Below, piece by piece: positions 55,879-64,000 of a stretch of 64,000 nucleotides of DNA; position 1 is the stretch's first letter, and each line of letters starts with the position of its first letter. The stretch lies in assembly GCA_007375645.1 (NCBI GenBank), contig VMER01000003.1, positions 81,553-145,552 of the forward strand, given 5' to 3'. Origin of the DNA: Parcubacteria group bacterium LiPW_15. GTDB lineage: Bacteria; Patescibacteriota; Minisyncoccia; UBA6257; 2-01-FULL-56-20. The notes under the pieces were generated by a model. The model saw nothing but the letters and a program-made list of their open reading frames with translations, was not told where the DNA came from and searched no databases. The translations under genes were made by a program, and so were the position numbers.

Positions 55879-56982
55879 ATGTTCAAAGAAATCATCGAAA
55901 AGGCCACTAACCCGGCCCTTTCTCAGCTTTTGAAGAATGAGCTCTCCTGGATCAGCAGATTCCGGGAAGGCGACGTCTTGGAAGCTACTTTAATAAAAAA
56001 GACCCGCAGGTACGGCTTCTTCGACCTTGGAAAGTTCGGAACCGGCATCGTGTTCGGAGCCGAGCTCTCTAACGCCAAGGCCGCGCTTAAGTCCATGGAG
56101 CCCGGAGATAAGATTCCGGCCCGCGTGGAAGCTATCGAAGGCTACCTCGGCTACGTCGAACTCTCGCTCTCCGAAGCCGGCAAACAGAAGCTTTGGCAGC
56201 AAGCCAAAGATCTCGAAGAGTCCGGTGAACTCGTAAAAGTAAAAGTCACCGCCGTTAACCAGGGCGGGATTGTCGCCGATATGTTTGGCCTTAAGGCTTT
56301 CTTGCCCGTTTCTCAGCTCGCCCCGAATCATGTTCCGGAAAATTCTGAAGGCGATAAGCAAAAACTTATCGAAGATCTGAAGAAGATGATCGGCGAGGAA
56401 CTCTCCGTCAAAGTCATAAACGTTAACCCGAGGAATAACAAGCTTATTATCTCCGAACGGGAAAGCTCTGCCCCGTCCGCGAACATTAAAGAATTATTGT
56501 CCAAGTATGAAGTTGGTCAGACCGTAGACGGCGTTGTCTCCGGCATTGCGGACTTCGGCATCTTTATCCGCTTTGCGGACAACCCGGAAATCGAAGGTTT
56601 GGTCCACATCTCCGAGATCGACCATCGGCTTATTGATAACCCGAAAGAAGTTATCAAACTCGGCGAGAGCGTGAAAGTAAAGATTTTGGATATCAAAGAA
56701 GGCCGCGTATTCCTCTCGCTCAAGGCCCTCAAAGCCGATCCGTGGACCAGTGTTTCCGAAAAATACCATTCCGGCGACGTGGTGACCGGAACCGTTTACA
56801 AGTTCAACCCGTTCGGCGCCATCGTTGAATTCGAAGACGGCATCCAGGGCATGATCCACATTTCCGAATTCGGAGGCTTGGAAGAAATGAAAAAAGAGTT
56901 GGAACTTAAGAAATCCTACAAATTCGAAGTTTCGTCCCTGAAGCCGGAAGAGAGAAGGATGATTCTGAAAATGAAGAAGTAA
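55879..56982 (+). CDS. rpsA: 30S ribosomal protein S1 (short, four S1 domains)
   Basis: Repeated S1 OB-fold units (GDVLEATL.., GELVKVKVTAV.., GQTVDGVVSGIADFGIFIRF.., GDVVTGTVYKFNPFGAIVEF..). ATG at 55879 (MFKEIIEKATNPAL..); the ORF track extends to 55759. Confidence 0.8.
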   Translation: MFKEIIEKATNPALSQLLKNELSWISRFREGDVLEATLIKKTRRYGFFDLGKFGTGIVFGAELSNAKAALKSMEPGDKIPARVEAIEGYLGYVELSLSEAGKQKLWQQAKDLEESGELVKVKVTAVNQGGIVADMFGLKAFLPVSQLAPNHVPENSEGDKQKLIEDLKKMIGEELSVKVINVNPRNNKLIISERESSAPSANIKELLSKYEVGQTVDGVVSGIADFGIFIRFADNPEIEGLVHISEIDHRLIDNPKEVIKLGESVKVKILDIKEGRVFLSLKALKADPWTSVSEKYHSGDVVTGTVYKFNPFGAIVEFEDGIQGMIHISEFGGLEEMKKELELKKSYKFEVSSLKPEERRMILKMKK

Positions 56983-57051
56983 AAAACTTCCGACTCTATC
57001 AAAAAACCGCCCGACACTAATGCGTTTAGGGCGGTTTTTTTATTAAATTAT

Positions 57052-57357
57052 TTATTTCGCCTCCTCTCCGAGAATTATTTTTTTCTTTTGCTCGGGAGTC
57101 ATGGCCTCAATGAAGGAATCGATCCCGCTCTTGGGGATGGCGCCAACATATCCCATTTTCGCGTAAGCATCGGCAAGCATATCTATGGCATATGCCTCCA
57201 GTTTTTTTCTCGCCTCCTCCTCGGCCGAGCTATTAATCTCTTCAAGCTTTTTGTTCCTTTCCACATCTGCAGCCTCTGCCGCTAGACGAGCTTCTCGCGC
57301 CCACTCCGCCTCCGGCTCTTCTTGCTGTTCTAAATCAGGACGTTCTGGATTATTCAT
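57052..57357 (-). CDS. hypothetical acidic coiled-coil protein
   Basis: 101-aa ORF that is Glu/Ala-rich. Confidence 0.4.
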   Translation of the reverse strand: MNNPERPDLEQQEEPEAEWAREARLAAEAADVERNKKLEEINSSAEEEARKKLEAYAIDMLADAYAKMGYVGAIPKSGIDSFIEAMTPEQKKKIILGEEAK

Positions 57358-57487
57358 TTGTTTTTGATTTTACCTTTTTTTAATAATGACCCTCGTGAGC
57401 ACTTGAAGTCAAGGAAAATAGATCTGCTGTTTTTGGTTTTAGGGTGCCCCGTAAAATCGCGTGGCGATCACGGGGCTGTCACGTGAT

Positions 57488-57512
57488 AAAAAACCCGCCG
57501 GAGCGGGTTTTT
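57488..57512. terminator. bidirectional terminator
   Basis: AAAAACCCGC-CGGA-GCGGGTTTTTT. Confidence 0.7.
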
Positions 57513-57521
57513 TATTTTACG

Positions 57522-57575
57522 TGGTGCCGGGCCCCAGAGTCGAACTGGGCACGCCTGCCTCTTCCAAAGGCAAAT
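57522..57575 (-). pseudogene. tRNA 3'-half fragment (anticodon-arm-like region, T-arm, acceptor 3' strand and CCA) with no matching 5' half
   Basis: The reverse complement ..TGCCT-TTGGAAG-AGGCA-GGCGTG-CCCAG-TTCGACT-CTGGG-GCCCGGC-A-CCA has a perfect T-arm plus acceptor plus CCA, but no complementary GCCGGGC 5' strand or D-arm is found within 100 nt. Confidence 0.35.
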
Positions 57576-57681
57576 TGGACTATATCACCTCCCTTGTCAG
57601 CGCTCATGCGGACAGTCGGGAGTCGGGCGCTTCGCCTAAATCATTTCTGATCGGCTACTCCTTTAAAGGATAGTCTCTACA

Positions 57682-57711
57682 CCTGCCTACGCTTTCGCTC
57701 CGGCAGGCAGG
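57682..57711. repeat. degenerate copy C of the CCTGCC..GGCAGGCAGG palindromic repeat (left arm interrupted), with an inverted GGCGAAGCGCC 60 nt away
   Basis: Direct inspection. Confidence 0.45.
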
Positions 57712-57948
57712 CCTTCCACCTATACAAATGGTTAGCTTGCTTGCAATCCGTAGCTTTAGCGAAGGATTGGCTCGGGATTGTTTGCCTTGCGGCAAGTTTT
57801 CCCCGAATTCACCCGATTTTTCAATCCGCATTTCTGCGGAAAGCCCCAAAGATTATTTAGGGCAGCGCTCTACCGATGAGCTAGCCCGGCAGCTAATTGC
57901 TCCCACACAGGATAACAAAGCTGCTTTTACATTTCAACAACAAATAAC

Positions 57949-58476
57949 CTATGCCCCGAAAGAACTGCTTTCGTACAAAAAAACCTGGTCCTCCTTTTTA
58001 ATGGGCTCTACCCCTTGAAAGCCGTAGGCATTGGCAACCACTCTCGCGCCGAGCCTAAGTTCCTTTTTTATTTTTGGCACCAATGCGCGCATTATGTGCG
58101 GCAGCGTGAAAACCGTAACCACATCGAATTCGCCGAGGTCGGCCTTCCAAAAACTTTCTCCATGGATGAAGGCTCTTTCTTGAAGCCCAAGCTTTTTAAT
58201 TTTTCTCCGCGAAAACCAAACCAGCAACGGATTTATCTCGTAGCCGTGGGATTCCATTCCATCCTTGGCAAATGCTATCACTATTTTCCCATTTCCCGAG
58301 CCCAGGTCCACAATTCTTTCTCCGGGCTTGGCTTCGGCTAACTTTTTTATTATTTCCACATTATTATCCCCGGTCGGCGCGTATATCGCCCCGCTAATCA
58401 TTGGCCGGACTAGAAGATAAAAAACTATCGCAAAGAAAATGAATGCGAACGATAGGATCAATATACCCAAGATCAT
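57949..58476 (-). CDS. class I SAM-dependent methyltransferase with an N-terminal TM anchor
   Basis: Motif I VDLGSGNGKIVIAFAKDG; 175 aa. Confidence 0.65.
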   Translation of the reverse strand: MILGILILSFAFIFFAIVFYLLVRPMISGAIYAPTGDNNVEIIKKLAEAKPGERIVDLGSGNGKIVIAFAKDGMESHGYEINPLLVWFSRRKIKKLGLQERAFIHGESFWKADLGEFDVVTVFTLPHIMRALVPKIKKELRLGARVVANAYGFQGVEPIKKEDQVFLYESSSFGA

Positions 58477-58550
58477 GGTGCCCCCGGAGGGAATCGAACC
58501 CCCATCAAAGCCTTAGAAGAGCCTTGCTTTATCCATTAAGCTACGAGGGC
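58476..58550 (-). tRNA. tRNA-Arg(TCT)
   Basis: Reverse complement: GCCCTCG-TA-GCTTAATGGATAAAGC-A-AGGCT-CTTCTAA-GGCTT-TGATG-GGGGGTTCGATTCCCTC-CGGGGGC-A-CCA. Canonical loop CU-UCU-AA; the anticodon stem and acceptor contain G-U pairs. Confidence 0.7.
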
Positions 58551-58603
58551 GCTTTGGACGGTTTGATAATAAAACAAAAGTGCGATAATTTAAAGGTCTA
58601 ACA

Positions 58604-58674
58604 CGGGCCGTAGTATACCGGTAGTACGTCTGCTTTGGGAGCAGATAGACCGAGTTCGATTCTCGGCGGCCCGA
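58604..58674 (+). tRNA. tRNA-Pro(TGG)
   Basis: CGGGCCG-TA-GTATACCGGTAGTAC-G-TCTGC-TTTGGGA-GCAGA-TAGAC-CGAGTTCGATTCTCG-GCGGCCCG-A. G37 after the anticodon, as expected for Pro. Confidence 0.75.
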
Positions 58675-58687
58675 CAAAACTGAATAC

Positions 58688-58759
58688 GCGCGCTTAGCTC
58701 AGTGGTAGAGCGACTGTTTTACACACAGTAGGTCGAGGGTTCGATCCCCCCAGCGCGCA
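58688..58759 (+). tRNA. tRNA-Val(TAC)
   Basis: GCGCGCT-TA-GCTCAGTGGTAGAGC-G-ACTGT-TTTACAC-ACAGT-AGGTC-GAGGGTTCGATCCCCC-AGCGCGC-A. Confidence 0.8.
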
Positions 58760-58806
58760 CAAATAGATATCCAAAGAAATCTAAAAATAGAGACGAGAGA
58801 AATAAT

Positions 58807-59508
58807 ATGGTTCCTCAAAAACTTAAAGAAGCATATTTTAAACACCGCCTATGGATACTATTATTGTTAATAGCCTTTGTTCTTTTTCTCGTTGTTTTGG
58901 TGCCTATATTAATTTGGGTTCCGATTTCAAAAATATTCACCGACCCGGAAAGTATCAAAGTCTTCGTTTTATCGTTTGAAAAATGGGCCATTCTTGTCTA
59001 TGTTCTGCTGAGCATCATTGTCGTTGTTGCTCCTCCGCTGCCCAATGAGATCGTTCCGATCGCCGGAGGTATTATTTTTGGATTTTGGGAAGCGTTGATT
59101 TTTGGGCTTCTTGCCAGAATTATCGGCTCATCTATCAATTACTGGCTTGGCACAAAAATCAGAAAAGGAATTTACATTAAATTGATCAGCGAGGAAGAGC
59201 AGGAGAGGCTGAAAAAGCACACGGAAAAGATTGGGTGGCAAACCGTTTTTATTTCTCGTTTTCTGCCAAGCACCGATACTGACTTGATAGCATATATTTC
59301 GGGCATAGCAAAAATGAATTATCTGCCCTTCATTGTTGCATCCTTTTTTGGAATGCTGGTTCCTGTTTCGGCTACCATTTTTATTGGGGCATCTTTGCTT
59401 ATAAATAAATATTTATTTTTCTCGCTCGTGGCTTTTTACATAATCGGAATGTTGTTCGCGCCAAAGATTATTAAGAAGGCATTCCGGCCTAAAATCCGAA
59501 TCTCTTAA
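58807..59508 (+). CDS. DedA / TVP38-TMEM64 family membrane protein
   Basis: ..NEIVPIAGGIIFGFWEALIFGLLARIIGSSINYWLG.. matches the DedA core. AT-rich (about 38 % GC). Confidence 0.65.
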   Translation: MVPQKLKEAYFKHRLWILLLLIAFVLFLVVLVPILIWVPISKIFTDPESIKVFVLSFEKWAILVYVLLSIIVVVAPPLPNEIVPIAGGIIFGFWEALIFGLLARIIGSSINYWLGTKIRKGIYIKLISEEEQERLKKHTEKIGWQTVFISRFLPSTDTDLIAYISGIAKMNYLPFIVASFFGMLVPVSATIFIGASLLINKYLFFSLVAFYIIGMLFAPKIIKKAFRPKIRIS

Positions 59509-59635
59509 GTGCATTTGCCGCCGAAGAAAACTCGAAATTATGAGCGGCGTGATTTCGCTTGCCGCTCGGAGGGGCACAGCTGCGAAAATCGGCTATACTA
59601 TATTTAGCAGATATAAAATCTAAGGGAGGTGCGAG

Positions 59636-60229
59636 ATGCTTTTTGCACAAGTCTTAATGCTCTCTGGCGGATTGCTTCTCGCTAGTCCGCCAAACATAAC
59701 TCTGGAGAACAATCCTCTAAAGGGCAGTGTCGAAGCTATGCGTTATCAAAACGCGACGCTCGACAAACTTGGATTCCCGCGCATAAAAACGGAGGCCGAC
59801 ATCAGGAATCTATACCTGGCTGGAAAACTGGTTCGGGTCCCTAGCACCGGAAAGGGCTATTACCTGGGTCCGAAGGTGCGCGCGGAAACAAGATTCCTCT
59901 ATCCGCATGCGTTCAGCTATCTGAAATGCCGAGCCGAGGAATACCGCGGACGTTTCCACAAGAGCCTCAAGATCACCACGCTCGCAAGAACGGGAGCGAT
60001 GCAAGCCCGCCTCAAGCGATTGCGGATAAGCTCCGCCGACGCGAACGCGAGCGAGATGCAATCCGGCCACCTGGCCGGCGTCGCTTTCGACATCTCTCTT
60101 AAGGGGATGACGCAAAAAGAGATCGCCTTCCTTACCGAACGCTTCGTCCATGATAGCGCGGATGGCAAGACGCTCGTGTTCCTTGAGCTCTGGTCCAGGA
60201 ACTTTCACGTCACGGTGTTCAAGGAATGA
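59636..60229 (+). CDS. secreted M15/VanY-like (LAS-superfamily) peptidase-like protein
   Basis: GGGAGG SD and a signal peptide. SGHLAGVAFD resembles the SxHxxGxAxD zinc-binding motif of D-Ala-D-Ala carboxypeptidases. Terminator at 60232-60258. Confidence 0.4.
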   Translation: MLFAQVLMLSGGLLLASPPNITLENNPLKGSVEAMRYQNATLDKLGFPRIKTEADIRNLYLAGKLVRVPSTGKGYYLGPKVRAETRFLYPHAFSYLKCRAEEYRGRFHKSLKITTLARTGAMQARLKRLRISSADANASEMQSGHLAGVAFDISLKGMTQKEIAFLTERFVHDSADGKTLVFLELWSRNFHVTVFKE

Positions 60230-60256
60230 TGCCCCGGCCGGTGGTCGGGGTCTTTT

Positions 60257-60745
60257 TTATGGTCTTTCTAATTCCAAAAACCTATGCGCCGGATCATTCC
60301 CCTCCCCGCTCCTCGAAAAAACTATTTTGGAAAATTCGCTATAGTCCGGGAAAAATGTGTCCGCCGGTTTTTCTCCCTCAATTTCAGTCAGATACAATTT
60401 ATCGGTCAGAGGTAACGCCTGCCGATATACTTCTCCGCCGCCAATGACAAAAATTTCTTCTGCGCCGGTGTTCCTCGCCGCCTCAAGCGCCTCTTCAAGA
60501 GAACTGCATACGAAGCAACCGTCTTTTTGGTAATCCGGCTGTCGACTCAAAATTATATTCACGCGATTCGGCAGGGGTCGGCCAATGGACTCGAAGGTCT
60601 TTTGGCCCATTATTATCGGATGCCACGTGGTCAATTCTTTGAATCTCTTCAGATCCTCGGAAATGCGCCAAAGGAGCTGGCCTTTTAATCCCAACCCTCG
60701 ATCCTTTTTCTGGATTGCGGCGATTATGCTTATTTTTGCACCCAT
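60257..60745 (-). CDS. folA: dihydrofolate reductase
   Basis: ..ISIIAAI..LGLKGQLLWRISEDLKRFKELT..IMGQKTFESIG..FVIGGGEVY.. ATG at 60745 (MGAKISII..). Confidence 0.85.
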   Translation of the reverse strand: MGAKISIIAAIQKKDRGLGLKGQLLWRISEDLKRFKELTTWHPIIMGQKTFESIGRPLPNRVNIILSRQPDYQKDGCFVCSSLEEALEAARNTGAEEIFVIGGGEVYRQALPLTDKLYLTEIEGEKPADTFFPDYSEFSKIVFSRSGEGNDPAHRFLELERP

Positions 60746-60789
60746 ATTTGTTGTTTGACCCTCCAGGTTCACTTAATTATACTCAACCT

Positions 60790-61431
60790 ATGCGAAAGCG
60801 CCCAACCAAAACCAAGTCACCGTCCAAAAAGAAAAGGTCCGGAGTTGATCTTTCGCCGATCCTGAACTCAAAGACGAATATAGAGTTTCGTTTTATTCCG
60901 GATGAAAAAACTTTGGCGCAAACCGTTGCCCAATGTAAACTCCGCGGTCTAACGGTAGTCCTAACCCAAGGAGTATATGATCTCATCCACGAAGGCCACG
61001 CCAAATATCTGGAAGCTGCAAAATCTTATGGCGACATTCTGATTGTGGGCGTAGATTCCGACGAACTGACCAGAAAACGCAAAGGGCCAAACCGCCCCAT
61101 TGTGCCGCAGGAGGAGAGGATAAAAATGCTATCTCATTTGCGCCATGTTGATATTGTGACCATCCGCGAGGCACATCAAGACATCGGCGATTTGATCCGC
61201 CTTATTCGACCCGACGTACTCGTTACGTCTTCCAGCACCGAAGATTTTAAAAAAGATCTCCAGGCCAATAAATATGCCGAATATTGCGAGCGGATAGTCA
61301 CTCTGCCGCCGCAGGCCACAACGACTACCAGCGCAAGGATCCGAAATCTAACAATTGAAGGGGCTGAAAAGCTTGCCAATGAAGTTCGCCGGCTTACCCA
61401 AAATTTCCTAAGAGAGATCAGAGAGTCATGA
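60790..61431 (+). CDS. cytidylyltransferase-like nucleotidyltransferase (HldE domain II / TagD-like)
   Basis: GVYDLIHEGHAKYLEAAKSYGDILIVGVDSDE ((H/T)xGH motif) and a basic N-terminal tail. Confidence 0.6.
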   Translation: MRKRPTKTKSPSKKKRSGVDLSPILNSKTNIEFRFIPDEKTLAQTVAQCKLRGLTVVLTQGVYDLIHEGHAKYLEAAKSYGDILIVGVDSDELTRKRKGPNRPIVPQEERIKMLSHLRHVDIVTIREAHQDIGDLIRLIRPDVLVTSSSTEDFKKDLQANKYAEYCERIVTLPPQATTTTSARIRNLTIEGAEKLANEVRRLTQNFLREIRES

Positions 61432-62261
61432 GTGAATATTCTGTCGTCTCTTATATACCCGCCATTCATCGAGGGTATTTGGATTTTTTTAAAAAATATC
61501 CCGGAACGCTTTACGTCCTGGGGCCCGATTTTGTTTTGGAGACTCCTCGCATGGAGCGGGATATTCGCGCGCTTACGCCGCTTGAAATAAAAGATGCCGT
61601 TGGCGGGTTAAATATATTTTCCAAAATAATCATACTGGACCGCGCCACCCTACCCGGCTTGCTGGCCGACCCCAACCCGATCATAGCCCCCGACGAGGAT
61701 GTTAATCGACAGTTTTTTGAGACCTATTTGCCCGACAAAAAAATAACCTTAGTCCCTGTTTTTCTGCGCTGGGACAAACAGATCTCCACCAAGGAATTCG
61801 AGGTTCCGCCGGACAGGATCATTTCCGAGAGCGACTTTGACACGGAGATGATTGGGAGTGCTTTTAAAGAAGCTACCAAAAGTCCCGACTGGTGGCGTCA
61901 AATCGGCGGCGTGATAGTCAAAGACGGCAAACCGATCCTCTTCGGACATAACCGGCCATTGCCCTCGGAATATACCCTTAACGCTTTTGGCGACCCGCGC
62001 AGCAACTTTGATGCCGGAATAAATATAGAGCTTTCCAAGTTTATCCACGCCGAAGCCGGACTTATTGCCGAAGCCGCCAAAAAGGGTATTGCCCTAGAAG
62101 GGTCTTCCATCTATACCTCCACATTTCCGTGTCCTGCCTGCGCAAAATCCATTGCCGCCGCCGGCATAAAAAAAGTTTATTACTCGAAAGGATACTCTCT
62201 CTTGGATGCCGAAGATATTTTGAAATCCGTCGGAGCTGAAATTATTTTAGTAAAATTCTAG
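61428..62261 (+). CDS. dCMP / cytidine deaminase-family protein with an about 150-aa N-terminal extension
   Basis: C-terminal HAEAGLIAEAAKKG .. PCPACAKSI zinc-binding deaminase motifs. Its start overlaps the upstream stop. Confidence 0.65.
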   Translation: MSEYSVVSYIPAIHRGYLDFFKKYPGTLYVLGPDFVLETPRMERDIRALTPLEIKDAVGGLNIFSKIIILDRATLPGLLADPNPIIAPDEDVNRQFFETYLPDKKITLVPVFLRWDKQISTKEFEVPPDRIISESDFDTEMIGSAFKEATKSPDWWRQIGGVIVKDGKPILFGHNRPLPSEYTLNAFGDPRSNFDAGINIELSKFIHAEAGLIAEAAKKGIALEGSSIYTSTFPCPACAKSIAAAGIKKVYYSKGYSLLDAEDILKSVGAEIILVKF

Positions 62262-62707
62262 CCAATCCTCGTCATTATCGGTTCACGATCTTTTTCCCTG
62301 CTGCCCGCAGAAACCAAATTGGCGTGTAGGTGAGTAACGCTTGCACCGGTTAGCGCCGTATCGCCGAACCGGAAAAGGAAAGCCCCGCCCTCAATGTTCC
62401 GATTCTTAATTATAAATCGGATCAGGTCTTGCAGTTCGGACCAGGCTTCATTCGTTATTTCCTCAAATCTTTGAATGTGTTTCTTGTGGACAAAAAGAAC
62501 GTGATGCTTGGCCCCTTTGTATGGATACATGTTGTCGGTAAGCAGCCAAAAATCCCCTTCCTTCAGGATCGGGTTTTTATGATATTTGGTTAAGTTCTCG
62601 GGACAAAATGGGCAAACCCCGTCCTTCTTTATGTCGTCGATGACTTTTCCGTAAACACCATCGGGCCGATAACTTGTGTTGTTCGGATCAACAAATAATT
62701 CTGTCAT
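62258..62707 (-). CDS. HIT-family (histidine triad) protein
   Basis: VTHLHANLV His-triad motif and an upstream CPFC zinc-binding motif. Confidence 0.7.
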   Translation of the reverse strand: MTELFVDPNNTSYRPDGVYGKVIDDIKKDGVCPFCPENLTKYHKNPILKEGDFWLLTDNMYPYKGAKHHVLFVHKKHIQRFEEITNEAWSELQDLIRFIIKNRNIEGGAFLFRFGDTALTGASVTHLHANLVSAGSREKDREPIMTRIG

Positions 62708-62708
62708 T

Positions 62709-63605
62709 TTAGATCGGTGTTGGAATCAACATCTTCGGATGCGGTTCGTAGTCGCTAAGCGCAAAGTGCTCCGGCCGAAATTCAAAAATATCGTTGATGG
62801 CTGGATCAAGGGCAACGGTCGGTAAACGCCTCGGTTCGCGCGCGAGCAATTCCTTCACTTTTTCGTATTGGCTCTCGTAAATGTGAACGTCGGAGAATGT
62901 ATAGACCACCTCCTTCAGCGAATAGCCGATAACCTGCGCGAGCATCATTCCGAACGCGGCATACTGAATGATGTTAAAGGGAACGCCCACCGGCAGATCG
63001 CTGCTCCGTTGAAAATGGTGGATAATGATTTCTTTGGCCTCCGGAAACGCCAGAACATGTATCCAGCCATGGCAGGGCGCTACCACGACTTTGCGGGTGA
63101 GCCCGGAATGCTGAAGCGTATATTGCGGTATCCATGGAGAGATAAAATGGGTTCGCAAATACGGTCTTTCTTTTACCTGCTGAACCAAATGTTTTATTTG
63201 ATTAAACGGCTCTCCTTCTTTGGTCGGAAATGACGCCCAAGCGGCGCCATAGGAGCCATCCCCCAAGTCTCCCTCCGGCAGGCCAAAAATGTCGCACTTT
63301 TCTTTAGTGACCCACCTCTTCCACCAACCGCAGCCGAATTTCTCCAATTCCGTCTGCGTGCGGGCACCATGTAAAAAAGCAATGTGTTCGGCGAGCGCTC
63401 CCTTAAACATTGAGCCGGACAGGTCTCTCTCGGTTATAACGGGAAAACCATTGTCCATCGAATAACGAAGTTGTTGACCCACCAACATTTTGGCTTTTTC
63501 GCCGTGGATCGGCAGGACTTCCCGCCCCTCTTCCATTATCTTGCGAAGCAGATCCTGATATTGTGAGTCCGGGGTTCTTTCCCCATATGGCTTGATGGTT
63601 GGCAT
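62709..63605 (-). CDS. thyA: thymidylate synthase (ThyA type)
   Basis: Active-site ..VVAPCHGWIHV.. and ..GVPFNIIQYAAFGMMLAQV.. motifs. Confidence 0.9.
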   Translation of the reverse strand: MPTIKPYGERTPDSQYQDLLRKIMEEGREVLPIHGEKAKMLVGQQLRYSMDNGFPVITERDLSGSMFKGALAEHIAFLHGARTQTELEKFGCGWWKRWVTKEKCDIFGLPEGDLGDGSYGAAWASFPTKEGEPFNQIKHLVQQVKERPYLRTHFISPWIPQYTLQHSGLTRKVVVAPCHGWIHVLAFPEAKEIIIHHFQRSSDLPVGVPFNIIQYAAFGMMLAQVIGYSLKEVVYTFSDVHIYESQYEKVKELLAREPRRLPTVALDPAINDIFEFRPEHFALSDYEPHPKMLIPTPI

Positions 63606-63687
63606 GAATCAATTGTAATCGTTTTTTGGTGCGAGCCAAAATATTCGATTTTTCTCCGAAAAATAGACTGCGGGCGGTCACGCAACA

Positions 63688-64000
63688 CTACCGTTGGTTC
63701 AATTTATAAAAATTCTCGAAAAGCTTAGCCGCCAGTATCGGCCCGGTGCCGCCCGGAGTCGGGGTGTAAAACGCGAGCCGCGCATCGTCCGAAATAGCGC
63801 CCAAGACATCCAAGTCCCCGGATGTTTTTCCTTCGTTATTTTTGGAATAGCCAAAGTCGATGACCCCAGCGCCGTCTTTCAGTATTTCCGGTCGCACAAG
63901 TCCGGGCTTTCCTGTTCCCAAAATTACCAGGTCTGCTTTTTTTAGGTCCGCAAGATCGTTTCCCTCTTTGAGAATAATAAGTTCTTTACACCGGCCGGAG
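63688..64000 (-). CDS. folD: methylenetetrahydrofolate dehydrogenase/cyclohydrolase, C-terminal part; the 5' part lies beyond the window end
   Basis: ..KPGLVRPEILKDGAGVIDFG..TPTPGGTGPILAAKLFENFYKL matches the FolD C-terminus. The frame is open to the window edge. Confidence 0.75.
   Translation of the reverse strand, partial: SGRCKELIILKEGNDLADLKKADLVILGTGKPGLVRPEILKDGAGVIDFGYSKNNEGKTSGDLDVLGAISDDARLAFYTPTPGGTGPILAAKLFENFYKLNQR

Noticed and set aside
57444-57673. Small plus-strand ORFs 57444..57650 and 57461..57673
   Set aside because: They span a bidirectional terminator and the tRNA 3'-fragment and have no SD.

Overview
This 64-kb window looks like a small-genome bacterial chromosome, plausibly from a Candidate Phyla Radiation (Patescibacteria)-type organism. 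The basis is inference from sequence features: many short, overlapping, co-directional genes that use GGAGG-type ribosome-binding sites, GT39/PMT-like glycosyltransferases, a DUF5667-like secreted protein, VirB2/TrbC-like mini-pilins, a free-standing LAGLIDADG endonuclease and genes split at homopolymers. Overall GC is about 48-50 %, with several GC-rich patches (16.4-17.0 kb, 18.0-18.5 kb, 20.7-21.2 kb, 31.9-32.6 kb, 45.4-47.7 kb at roughly 60-65 %) and AT-rich patches (58.8-59.5 kb).

The housekeeping backbone includes glycerate kinase with a 2-hydroxyacid dehydrogenase, dinB, rbfA-infB, clpB, htrA, a cysteine desulfurase, a split phosphoglucomutase/phosphomannomutase (PGM/PMM), ftsK, a RodZ-like gene, recA, pnp, rpsO, a xerC-type recombinase, gyrA, rpsA, and a thymidylate/folate cluster (folA, a cytidylyltransferase, dCMP deaminase, a HIT protein, thyA, folD). 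I called nine tRNA genes from structure and anticodon: Leu-TAA, Cys-GCA, Ser-GCT, Leu-TAG, Arg-TCT, Pro-TGG and Val-TAC are intact, and there are two tRNA-derived remnants. No rRNA and no CRISPR array were seen.

The accessory content that most deserves a second look:
- a co-directional array of four VirB2/TrbC-like (T4SS pilin-like) small membrane proteins, with two paralogous secreted proteins, a Cys-rich pilin-headed protein and an orphan ABC solute-binding protein (47.8-52.3 kb);
- a GC-rich three-gene island encoding an SPFH/band-7 protein next to a tRNA-Leu locus (45.4-47.7 kb);
- a dispersed palindromic repeat family (CCTGCCTGCC|GGCAGGCAGG) at tRNA-associated positions, bracketing a xerC and two GT-C glycosyltransferase genes;
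- two unrelated genes that carry the same promoter-like 5' repeat and the same 35-nt 3' repeat;
- a TrpR/YerC-like regulator bracketed by two perfect palindromes;
- a roughly 450-nt ORF-free structured region next to tRNA-Cys that may be a non-coding RNA;
- several homopolymer-associated frameshifts.
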